Source: Oopsacas minuta (Eukaryota > Animalia > Porifera). Taken from it: a stretch of DNA of 64,000 nt. The translations under genes and the position numbers were made by a program. Below are positions 48,190 through 60,300 of the stretch, piece by piece. Numbering within the stretch: the first letter of the stretch is position 1; the number at the start of each line of letters is the position of its first letter. The DNA is taken from NCBI GenBank assembly GCA_024704765.1, contig JAKMXF010000055.1, positions 566,353 through 630,352 of the forward strand. Reading direction: 5' to 3'. The notes under the pieces were generated by a model, which had not been told where the DNA came from, did no database searches, and saw nothing but the letters and a program-made list of their open reading frames with translations.

Positions 48190-49482
48190 TAGGGCGTTCA
48201 ATAAGTCTTTCGGGTGATATCATAGAATATGATACAAACACTATACACACTATTTCACTATATTATATATTCAAGTAATTACCTCCTGCAGATACACAAA
48301 GTTTTACGTTTCTACCCACTTGTAAAAGACATTTCTGTACTCTTCTTCGGGGATGGATTTTAAGTACTGGTACAAGCCTGTTCTGAGTGCTTGCAATGTG
48401 TTAAAATCTTTGCCTTGAAGGTAGATTATAAGCTTGGGGAATAGCCAAAAATCACACGGAGCTAGGTTGGTGAGTATGGTGGATGGGGAAGTAATTCTAA
48501 CCCCTACATCCAAGAAACTTTTGGTAAGCTTAGTTGTTCTTCGAGTTCCGGTTTCCGGGCGGTACTTTGGATATTTTTTATCAAATTTGGAAGCACTTGC
48601 TCTGTAAAGAAAGTAGCAGTAACAGCCTTGCCACTCTCACAAGGTAATTGCAAGACAATTGGATGACTACTGAAGAAGATGATATACATACTTTTAGGTT
48701 TTCTGAAGTCGGGCCAAGGAATTTTAGCCGGTTGTTCGTCGCCCCTCACCCATGATCGCTTCTTATACTCGCTATATGGTGTTGAATAGTATACCCACGT
48801 CTCGTCATCAGTAATAATCTCTGTTAGGCGTCTAGAATAGCAGTTCTCATAAGTTTCCAAGAGTTTCTTGGTAATATTCAGTCGTGCCAACCTTTGATTC
48901 TCACTGAGCTTATACGGTACCCATTTCCCACAAATCGCACGGTAGCCAAGCTCAGTCGTCAGAATTGTATGAATAGCTCCCGATGAAATCTCCATACTTT
49001 GTTCTAACTGATTTACAGTAATGCACTTGTCTTCCATGACCATACTTTCAATGAGTACGATATTCTCTGAAGTTGTAGTGGATACCGCTCTTCCAGATTG
49101 AGGCAAATCTGTGACATCAGCATCACCAGATCTAAAACGGGCAGCCCATCGCTCTACAGTGGATCTGGAAGGGCAATCTCGGCAGATTATCTCCTGTAAC
49201 TCACTGAAGATTTGTATGAGGTGGAACTTGAGTATTGTGCGAAACTCTATGTAAGTTCGTCATTTGAGGTTGAAATTATCATCCTTTGAAGCCATAAATT
49301 CAACGTGGGTATAAATTGACTACACGTAACTATCTTAAAAATTCATAATTTGTATTGAATAAGCTTGACATTTTCAGTATATGGAGTTTAACTATATGGG
49401 CATATAATATATGAATGTTAGATATATTACCTGACTAATTCCTAAGATATATCATGACTCGCAAGAATTATTGAACGCCCTG
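48190..49482 (-). mobile_element. Mariner transposon with internal deletion
   Basis: TIRs (C/T)AGGGCGTTCAATAA(G/T)TCTT at both ends. Motifs GKWVPYKLS, ITDDETWVYYSTP and LAPCDFWLFPKL. The HDNA region is deleted. Confidence 0.9.
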
Positions 49483-49519
49483 ATATAACATAGAGTATAA
49501 CAGATGAGTACGTAAGCAT

Positions 49520-49826
49520 ATTGGCAATGCTTTATACTCTATATTAGAATGGGTGCACATAAAGTCAGGAAGATAACTTTGTCTACTGGTTGACACTTGC
49601 AGACCAGCTACAGTACCTATTGTGGTGACAATGCTCATAGCTATCTCAAACACCCTCGGCTTCCATATTTTGAGAAGAGAAGTAGATAAAGGATGTGATG
49701 AGGTTATGGGAGAGAAAAAACAGAGGAGCAGGTTACGAAGTAGAAGTCCAATGTGTGTACCGCCTTTATGGACCCAAAGTTGACATTGACAAGATGAAAG
49801 ATTTGAAAGACATGGGACTTGTATAG
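49520..49826 (+). pseudogene. HIRAN-like domain ORF relic
   Basis: ILRREVDKGCDEVMGEK, then a 1-nt shift, then NRGAGYEVEVQCVYRLYGPKVDIDKMKDL. This matches the recalled pattern FLxRxxNKxxAEVTGxKxNRGAGYGLExPCxYRLYG of a HIRAN-like family. The 5' boundary is approximate. Confidence 0.55.
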
Positions 49827-50299
49827 CACTCATATTAGTATTTAATTTTGTGATATCTATGAAAGTTATTGGTTGCAGTTTCTGACTCCCCGTTCTTGGG
49901 AGATAATTTTGAATAAGACACGCCATTTGGGGCTAGTGCCCTGTCCTTTTTTCGGAATTCGGAGTTGTCCGCTCCTCGGAGAATACTTAAGTATTACATG
50001 CTTGGCAAATTCAATCGGTGACACGAGATATGTCCATTATAAGGGATTGTTCGCTTCTCAGAGTGTCCGTTTTGAGAAACTCCACTGGAGTATCAAAGAA
50101 TATTTCAATTGCATAAAATATGATGCCTCATTTCAAAAGATATTCAAAAGGTACTAGCAATAAGCAAATGAAATAGAGTAAAAATAGGAAGTTAACTATT
50201 GCAGAAACTACAGAAATAAAGTTTAGGGTCATATGAGTCATAGTCTTTGAATTATAGCCTCAACTAACAGAAACAAATTTATTTAGTACAACATAAAAT

Positions 50300-51900
50300 G
50301 GGCTCACATGCCATTCATACCAACAAAATCATTTAAAGTTCGCTTTTGCCAAGATATACAACTATCAAGCACAAAAAAACTGAAAACATGATTTAAACAC
50401 TTTCCTCAAAAATAGCTTTTGGGAAACGCCTGATGAGATGACAATTTCAGTAAATAGAAATGCATAAATTTATACTATAATCGTATATGTCAGAATACAT
50501 ACTTAAGCTGTATCATATATAATTCTCGAGATATATGGTAGTGACAAATTAGCAGTCGCCATTCTCATTTTCAAGGCCCCTTGGGGACATATTCGTAGTG
50601 TATTTAGTAGGACATTGCTAAAAGCATACCTCAATTATACGGTATGCGGATCTTGCTCGAAGCTTGACACGGAATGAAACCGGATAATACTTATTTGCTT
50701 GTATTATTTGTAATTATGCACACAAAAAGTAGATAGAACAAAATTAATGGGAAATAATGATTCGCTTTAACCAGAAAATTTAGGAGCCTAAGGGGGTGAT
50801 CTTTCGAGGAGCGCAAGTATTTGAGGTAATAAGGTACTCTTAATACCTTACATCTGGATTGCGAGGCAAAGTTTTGGTCCAATACATTGTCCAATAAAAG
50901 TTGAAATTGTGAGCTGCATTGCAGTACACATATAATTGGAAATTCAGTGGTTATATGACCATTATCCTTCAAAATAACTACATTATTCACTTGATTTTAA
51001 AGGAAAAAATAAAGCAAAGTACTGAATATTAACAATGTTACAAAGACCAATTGCGGCATCACTAAATCAAACAAGAGACATTCAAATATAAATGATTAAA
51101 GTCACCATATTGAGAGCAAGAAAAAACGATGCGAAAAGTACAACAAATTAGCAAAAGTCCAACAAAATATTCAGCAAATATGGACAATCAGGAAGAGATT
51201 TGGCCAGACCAATCCCTGATGACAATGCAAAAGACATATAATCAATCGTGAATAATTCAGAAATATACAAATATGTAATCTAATATACTTAAAGAAATAA
51301 ATAAATATTCAAAATTACCTTTCAAAATCCATAGAATAAGGGTCAAAATCTGTGAAACCAAAAATACCGAAAAAGAGGTAGCATATGAAAGTTCTTTCTG
51401 AGTTAGTGTGAATTCCATGATATTTTCCAATAATTGAGTACACATGAATAGTGTATGAAAGAGGAATTTCGTTAAAAACTAGAAAATAAAAATAGCAAGA
51501 TGGAAATAATATCATGCATGAAGACCAAATGGTTGAGAAAAAATATGACTATAGGTAAAAAGAATAATTACAATAGGGTTTGTGAATTTGAACATTGATT
51601 TATATAAAAATCAGATAGTAAAGGAAGAAATATCTTTTGTCATACCATTCAATACAAAAAGCAATGATGTGCTTCTCTATAGTTGGAAAAAGGATAAAAT
51701 AGTGAATGAAATTATTTAGGTAAAAGTATTAATAACAAAATATCAAGATGATACATGTACATCGAATATTCTTAGTGCTAATCCATAGAAATATAGAAGG
51801 TCTATACCTTTAATATATTTCTAGATCCAATTCAAGTAATCTGAATTCTTAAAGAGCGATATTGGTAACAATAATGCAATCTTATGAAGCACCGTAGAGA
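50300..51900 (+). pseudogene. Possible decayed L1/Tx1-type LINE reverse transcriptase and C-terminal region
   Basis: IRYAD at 50637-50651 (YADD-like) preceded by QG-PL, and LRGKVLV at ~50860 (LxLxGRVxV-like). Many stops; boundaries approximate. Confidence 0.45.
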
Positions 51901-52058
51901 ATTAAGCGTGGTCACAAAAATCAAAATCGTTTTCAGAGATGCGATCATCCAAAATAAGACAAATAATCAAGTTTATGTTGGCATAATCTATAGTCAAAGT
52001 AATGGCGATGGGTAGCATATAATGTTCAATTGTTGAAAATAACTAATCAACATAAATA

Positions 52059-55000
52059 AAAGGATTGTTGAATACATAACACAGGTCAACAAAATTTAAC
52101 TTCATTTTCTCCTCAAGTATTAGATTGACATTTTCTAAGCTAGTTTTTACGCTGAATTCAAATCTGCTTCCAGATTCTTTCCAGCACGTCCAGTATTGTT
52201 TCCATCCACAAGTTACCGATTTTTATGTATTTCCTAAATTTTTCCTGTTATTTTATGGGTAGTGGCTGTCTTTTTGTCTTCTTACATGATAGCCATCTGA
52301 AATTAATCAACGTTTCGATGTTTTAGATTAATGCCAAGATAATATCAGTTATTATCCTAGCTCTTACGTATAATTATTCACATTCATGCATGTATCAACT
52401 ACTCACAAACTAAGGGGAAATACATATCCATCTAGAAGTATAAAGGTAGCTAACTAAATTAAAAGTGTAGAGAGTACGACTTCCTTTAATATATCTTGTT
52501 GGGATTATCTCTGAAGAGCCACCAACAGTAATCGGACATCATGCCCTCATTCCAGAAACCTTGGTATCGGGTTTCCATCTCCTGTATGTCTTGGTGGAAT
52601 CTCTCACCCGGTTCATCACTTACAGCACCAAGGTTCTCAGGGAAAAAATCAAGGTGAGAGTGCAAGAAGTGAAGTTTTAGCGGCATGTGACAGTCCATCT
52701 TCTCGTATGCGTTAAGCAAGGTTTCCACTCCTTCTCTGTAGTTGGACGACTTCTTGTTGCCCAAAAACTTTTCACAAACCCATTTGAAAGAATTCCAAGC
52801 ACACATTTCTAATTCGGATAATGTCTTCTTGAAATCTGGATCTCTGAATACTTATCTGATTTGTGGTCCGACAAATACTCCCTCTTTTAACTTTGCCCTT
52901 GCTTAATTTCGGAAATTTGCCAACCAAATGCAGAAATCCTGCGGAATATGTTATGCCCATTGTTTTAACGAATGTTTTCATTAATCCAAGTTTAATATGA
53001 AGTGGGAGTAAGAAAACTTTGTTTGGATCTACCAATGGCGAATGCTGTAAATTGGTTTTCCCCACTTCATAGGTTCTCTTCGGCCCATCACATTTTTTAT
53101 AATGTTCACCAGTTGCTCGGCTGTCCCAGAGACATAGGAAACAACAATACATTGTAAAACCTTGTTGCAAGCCCATCAATAGCCCGATTATCTTAAGATC
53201 ACAGCAGATATTCCATATATGTGTTCTATACTGTGTTGCTTCCAAAACTTCCTCCAAATTGGCGAAGGTATCTTTGAGATAGACGGAGTGAACAATTGGA
53301 ACGCCAGGCTTTTTAGATTTCCGTTATGCAACAGAACAGCTTTCAAACTGCGTTTTGACGAGTCGGTGAAAAGACGCCAATCAGAGGAAGAATGTTCTTG
53401 TAATAGGTTTCCATAGAGCCTTCGATATCATTACAATAGCACACTGGACCATCAGTGGTGTAGTATTGAGCGAGATCGAAATTTCGCTTGCGATAGTGGG
53501 ATACAGGACATCTTTGTCGAGTAGGTTTTCTGTTTGAGCCTGGATGCAAAGAGTTCAGCTTTGTCTTTAGATAAGTCTAGATCCCTGACCAGGTCATTCA
53601 ATTCTCCCAGTGTAAATGTTTGTGGCTCTAGTAATTCATCTTCCGGAACATAATTAGCATCTGTAGAATCTGCATGAACATCTTCCACCATATCAGACCC
53701 AATTTTAATTTGCTGTGGCTTGAAAATTGGGATTGGTAATGAGATGTCGTGTGGAATTGGCCTGCGAGCAGAATCCAAGTCTGGGTAAACAAGAGCGTGC
53801 TTATTCTTGGCTGAGAATCCTGTAATGTCGATAAGGCAAAGTAACAATCATCTAGGTGATTTTTCTGTTCCCCCAGACCATGGGTATTGCAAATGGCATT
53901 GAAACTTTCCTTTTGTTCAACCAATCACGTAGTCCACTTGAACCAGAAGTGCATATAACATGTGGTGCCCACGACTTGTCTTGGTCACCAAGTGGACATT
54001 CGAAGTACAATTTGTATATGTTCTTTAATTGATTTGTGATTGGACGTCTTTGTGATTTTACGCAAAAAAGACCACAAACGTAACAGAAATTGTCGGGATG
54101 AGTTCTACAATTACGATGCATGTTTATAATTTGATTTGCTTGAATTCAAATAAGTAAAGTCATTTATATTCCAGATAATTGAATCAAAATAGGCATGCTC
54201 ATATAGCAATTTAGTACCTAGGCAATACTATACTATTGAAAAAATGGATATTGTATTTCAGAATAACTAGACGTGCTATAGAAATTCTGTTTGCAGATTC
54301 GAGTTCAGCATTCAAATGTATGCTAAGATAAATGTATATGATCTCTGATGAGAAATCTTGTTGAGTTGTGTAATGAGACTTATGTCATAATTCATATAGT
54401 AAACCTATACTTATCATAATTGATTATCAAGTGTTTCGAGAAATTCTCCCTTGAACTTAACACATCCTTTTAGTAACTTTTCCAGCCCAGTGGTTTAGAA
54501 TTCTTTATGGGTCCCTTTTTCCCATTGTTTTATTTCATACTCTAGCCGTTTGAAATCCTCAAATATCTTCCCTCGAAGAGGTCTCCTTATGTCTCCAAAT
54601 AACCAGTAGCCGCTGGGAGCCAGGTCTGGACTATACGGAGGATGAGGGAGGCATTCGAATCCCATGTCATCAATTGCAGCCATTGTCTTAGAACTTAAAT
54701 GGCGCCTTGCGTTGTCATGTTGCAGCAATACGCTCGTGTCAACTTGCCTCGCTTCTCACGTTTAATCGCTTGACGCAATTCTTTCAATTCGCCAACGTAA
54801 TAATCACTGTTTATGGTTGTCTTCTCAGGCAACCAGTCGAAGTGATAATTCCTATCCCAAAATACTGTTGCCATTCTCTTCCCTGCTGATTTTGCGCCTT
54901 TATATTTATGGGTAGAGGTTCATCACGTCTCTTCCACTGCTTCGAATGAGTTTTACTCTCTGGTTCATGATAATGAAACCAAGTTTCATCCCCAGTAATA

Positions 55001-55645
55001 TACAATCACAAAGGTCTTCCTCTGCCTTGTGTCTTGAAAGTAATTCTTGCTAACTCTGGCCCTTTCGCGTTTTAGTTCTTTTGAAAGAAATTTTGGGCCC
55101 AACGCGCAGTTACCTACGACATTTCCAGATCTTCACTGATAATCGAGTGTAGTGTGGCTTTTGATATACCTACCCACTCTTCAATCTCTCGCAGGATTAT
55201 TCGTCTGTCTTCGTCCAAATTGTTTGGACCCTCTCGATATTCCTGCGGGTTTTTGAGGAATTCGGACGACCTGGACGAGGGTCATCGTGGAGTTCCTCAT
55301 CGCCATTATCAAAACGTTCAATCTATCTATATATGGTGGCTTTCGAAGGACATTCATCACTGAAAATATCCTGCATTTCACGAAGAATGTATGAGCCCGT
55401 CTTCCCATTTTTCCACAGGTACCAAATTATTTGTCGTTTTCCTTCTTTGCTAAAATCCATTAGTTGAAAAACGTGGCCTATACAAATGAAACTTTATACC
55501 GAAGAATATGCTAGTAGAGTAAAGAGAATATTGTATCGAAGTTAGACAACCAAGTTAGGCTCGTAATCTAATATTAAACTTAGAGCTGTATTGACTAGAA
55601 TATGAAATCGATACATTAGTCTTATTACTTATTGAACAACCCTTG
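52059..55645 (-). mobile_element. Mariner transposon whose 3' TIR is split by Chapaev3 copy 2
   Basis: The 5' TIR is CAAGGGTTGTTCAATAAGTAATAAGAC (from 55645, TA flank). Rejoining 52057-52079 to 54374 onward rebuilds TAAAAGGATTGTTGAATACATAATGAGAC. Motifs ITGDETWFHYHEPE, LQHDNARRH and PPYSPDLAPS. Confidence 0.85.
52080..54370 (-). mobile_element. Chapaev3-type transposon, lineage A, copy 2 (2,291 bp), inverted relative to copy 1
   Basis: TAA TSD at 52077-52079 and 54371-54373. Near-identical to 44699-46989 (same ORF fragments, a few substitutions and two compensating 1-bp indels). Confidence 0.9.
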
Positions 55646-56549
55646 TACATACCACACATCGAATCGGAAACAGATTATATATGCCCAAATTCCCTATACC
55701 CTGATAATACATTTTGATATCTTACCTGATTGATTTATGAGGTAACCATCAAATAAACCATAAATGGTCTTGTTCAAGATTGAGCAAAATTGTATTTAAT
55801 ATGACATCAAACTTATTATTCGGATATCGGAAGTCAGATAGATAGATACTATTACAAGAGAATTAGGTATATAGGTTAAGAAGTTATGGGTGAATATAAA
55901 TCAAAATATGCTATGGAAGGATACTACAACAACTGTAGAACTTGTCAACATATTATTACAGTATGTATTTTGCATGAAATCATCCCCAAAGAAGATAAAT
56001 AAATTTTGTAGAAGCTATAAGTAATTCTATAGTTAAAGTTGCGCCAGTAATATGTTCTAGAACTGGTAGAGCACAGTAGCGCAATATGCTGAAATAAGCA
56101 TATCTTAAACAACCTATTTGAGAGTATTGTTAGGTTTCACCATATTTAATGATCGAGAAAATAGTTTACCATTATCTAGTATTATAGAAATCCTAAATAC
56201 AGCAGCCAAACATATATAATAAAAAGGGACCAAAGGTGAATAAATAAGGCTAATAATTATTTGGAGAAACTCTAAAATCTTTACACATCAAAGGTAGACA
56301 TTAGGAGCATAATGATCATCCGTGGAGGCAAAGCGACAAAAATATATTAATGACTGAAAGCTGCGTTAATTTCAAGATAAAGCTGATCGGAAATGGAACA
56401 CAGTCTCTTATAAAATCAGACTGCACCTGATAATACAATTATAGAGCTGGGTCTTGGAATAACTAAAGTTAAGTTCAATGCGCACCAAACAACCCCATTA
56501 TCAGTGGTATAGCAAGGGGGTGGCTGTGCAAGCTAAAGAAACACCGTCA

Positions 56550-59500
56550 TCATAATGTCAAAATTGCCATTAGAATATTACCCGTGGACTGCACAAGTGG
56601 GACACAATATCCCAAGAGAAAAATAATACTTACAATAATTGAAACTATGCAAAATGTGGTATGGTATGATTGAATAACCCTAATAATCAGTTAGTAAAAA
56701 GATATTCGTGCAAAAATCCGTGAACATGACACTCCTGCATTTTCTATGGACATAATGGACGTTTGATAGGTTAATAATAATTATTAATAGAAAACTTTGG
56801 ACGATAGATATATTCATACAAATAATATTATGGGATCATGAAAAATAACTAGGTTCGTTTTTCACATAGAAATACAATTCAGAATTGAATGTTTTGTATT
56901 GTGTGTGAAATCCGTTGGGTAGGAACTATTGCAAATTCTCCAAAGTGATGTACACCATCTGGAACAATGGGAGAAGTCAAGTGCATGTATTAAACATAAA
57001 TATTTTCTAAAATTGAGATTTGATGTTAGTCTGAGAAAATTATGTATTTTTCCGAAGATAGATATTTTGATAAATTCAAATTTAGAAAAGTTTGCAAGAA
57101 ATTAAGTTCCTAAATTGTTGTAAATTTGAAATGATTGTATATACAACTTCAAGACTTCTAGCATTTTTAAGATATAGGTAAATGTGAAATGACTTTTACA
57201 ATTACTGTATGAATATATGTATGATGTGACAACATTAATTCTCGAATTATGTCCCAACCCTATTGAGTGACCCCTTGTTCTCTGTCTATGTGTATATCTA
57301 TCCTCGATAGACGTCAAATTGGTAACATCAAAATGAATCATAAGGATATGGGAAGTCAGGTACATACTATAAATTAGATAAGCTGAATATGAATGAATTT
57401 TAACGATTATCGAATTCTATTTGGATATTCATAAAAATGTCCAATCCATAGAATCTCCATGACAAAATTTGATATCTTGCAAAAAGGTATCCATAGATGT
57501 GTTAATCCCTGAATGAATGATGCATCATGTACGATACGAAAATAGATCAAAGCAGGCATATTTGAAACAAATATTCTCATAGACACATTTCACACGTTAC
57601 TGAATTTTTAGTATATTTTGGGTGACAATATATTGTTCTACAAATATGCAATACATTACTTGGGCTGATATGCACCGTTTCTGCAATATAGATCTACAAA
57701 TAAAATACCTTAATCTCCGACCGCATCTCTGTTCCAAAATTCACAAGAGATTGGTAGGCCTTATATTAGAGTAACCTATGCTTGAGTGGAAGTATATATT
57801 ACGCCTTAATCGCCTTTGTTACATTGTGCTATATTTTGAAGAATCTACTGATTATAGGGACAAATACACAAAATGCAGGCAAATAGCCATGATTATATGG
57901 ATATAAATGTGTATAATATATGCCTAAACTTTTCTCTTAAGCGCACTTTAAGTGTCAACGGACAAATAATTCCTGCAGAAGGTCAAACTGGTGTTGCAGC
58001 TAGAGCGCATGCATTCTTTGGGGCTCTTCCAAAATTCCATCTGCTGTTACTTTGAATAAGTACTCACATCTACCTCTATGAAATCCGTCTTGATGGAGGA
58101 TTTGTAGTCCATTGAGCATGCATATCCAATATGTTATGCGATATTTGAACTCAAAAATTACTCTATAACAAAGATATTCCTTTACATTCAGTGGAGTCCG
58201 GACGATAATTAAATACGGTGTGATTAGATAATTATTGACTGTAAAGTGTATATATCAAAACCATGGAGTCCATGAAATGAGGAATGTTGGCACTCATTCT
58301 TCGGTACATGAATTAGTATCAAATGATATTTCGTTATTGGGCAAAGTTTGACACATGAAATGTATTATTGTCGGATAGGAAATCATAGTTAGGGAGTCAC
58401 TTGATCATATTGGTTTTTTTGGAATAACTGTGGAATATGAGCTAGTGGTTATTACAACTATCTCTGCTATTAGGAATTTATAGTTACTAGGCAATTCAAA
58501 CTGAAAAACTAAGCATAAACATCTGGGTCAAATAAATCTATCGAATTCTGAATAGAAAATTATCCATTTCAAGATAAAAAAAGTTTATGAGGCTAGTACC
58601 TTATATACCCAAAGACAACGAGATCAAAATGTGTAGAGAGGATACTATATATTATTCGAAAAAGGTACAATGTGATATAGCCCATGCCCAAGGTTGGGTA
58701 GGCCTCGACCTAGCTAAGCCACTACGCTGGCACCTAGAAATCATACATTAGATTATACCTGTTGGGGATATAGATCCACGCCAATTTGCAATTCATTCAT
58801 CTCCAAACAATCAACTATCGCAACTTTAGGGATAGAAACAATGCAGCCTTTAAGCTGTAACAATAGTTCACTTTCATTGTTACATCTGAGAGATAACTTG
58901 AAAACTAATAGTGCGCCTGCTATCCACCTCAAGATTAATTTGATTGAGTCTATTTCCTTGGAGGAACTGAGGCAGATGAATAGTAACGAGGAATTATTCA
59001 AAGAATCGGGATGTAAACAGAATAGCAGCCTCTGCATAGATTCAAATTCACAAGGTTTATCAAGTTGTATCTAAAGAAAAATCAATAATAGTTCCAAATA
59101 TATTTAGCATATGGGATGAAGCTTTTTGAGGATAACCAATCGAATATCAGAAATTCTTTTATCATTCAATAACAAAAAAAACGTACAAATATCTGATAAA
59201 GTTGTGGTAAATATTCACGCGTTTATCAAAATCGTAGACAGTCTAAAATTTATCATCAATGAATTTGAAATCTTATATGTATTCTTAGATAAGAAATCAG
59301 GATTCTTAAAAAATGATAGTTTCATTTTTAACATGGTAATCATCATCAATAGCGGTTATTGATTAAGAACTTCCTATGATATATACACAATAGCAATATT
59401 CGGGCATTATAGATGAATCGTCATGATGCAAAATGTAAAACACTATTGTGACAATTATTTCCACCTAATTACTTTAGACAATACAGTAAGTCAAAAATGT

Positions 59501-60300
59501 GGATTCTAATTATAGACCCGTCAAATCAGGTAGCTCAAATACCAGGGAAAAATGAAAATCTGTTCGAGTTAAGGATGGCCTCCCATCAATTTCACATTTT
59601 CCCTAAGACTTTATCAATTCATTAAGAGCTAAAGTTGTTAGAGCATATTCAGTTTTTCGTAATCTTTTCAAAAATGTAACAAAAACCTTCATATCTAGAA
59701 TAATATATCTTGAATAATTAGATATACTAAGCATCTAACATCCAGTAACTCGAAATCATAAATCTGTTCCAGACAACGCAATGTTTTTCTGAATAAACCA
59801 AATAGTAAACGAGAGAAAATATAATTGGTTACAGATAAGAATGCTTGAATCAATAGGCATTCGAGTTAGCAGGTGTTGGCTATTCAATGGATATCCAGCA
59901 ATAATTATTCAATAACACTAAATTTCCGATCATCAAATAGGCTACACAGTATGTTAAGTATGTATACGATACTGTAATCTACAACCTATTTAGCGCTGTT
60001 ATTTGACATTGTTCCAACTTAATCTCAGTGGACTTCCCCCATACTATATTCTTATTAAAACCTTGCCAATTCAATAGCTTATATTTTTTACAAAGAATAA
60101 GTGGCACCACGTGAGCTTACTCTCACGTTATGTCAACAGTCAAATAAACAATGCTAGATGAGATATGAACAACAATATGACCACACAAAACCTTTGAAAA
60201 CATATATTTTACCATATTTCCAAAAGTTAAAAATATTCTGACTCATTAAATTCACCTATACCACAAATATATTGAACATGGAATTGTATATCACTTCTGC
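56550..60300 (+). pseudogene. Possible very old Helitron Rep/helicase relic
   Basis: The best anchor is LNLSGLPPYYILIK (60018-60059, like GLPPHxLxLK). IIDES (59406) lies upstream and EHGIVY (~60275, like HGQLY) downstream. Faint Rep-like traces near 56590 and 56990. Extent is uncertain. Confidence 0.35.

Larger units (their letters stand above)
47990..50087. mobile_element. Non-autonomous pogo-type TIR element carrying a HIRAN-like ORF, with a nested mariner
   Basis: TA|CAGTAGAGTCTCCGAAAACGGACAC at 47990 and a reverse-complement CAGTGGAGTTTCTCAAAACGGACAC ending at 50087. The right TA is not intact. No transposase of its own is seen. Confidence 0.7.

Noticed and set aside
44699-54370. Inverted segmental duplication or a single giant-TIR element
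   Set aside because: Similarity stops exactly at the CAC/GTG termini, and each copy has its own TSD inside a different, rebuildable host sequence.
58030-58140. Kinase-like MLNGLQILHQDGFHR on the minus strand
   Set aside because: HRD, the catalytic-loop Lys/Asn and DFG are absent, and a stop follows soon after.
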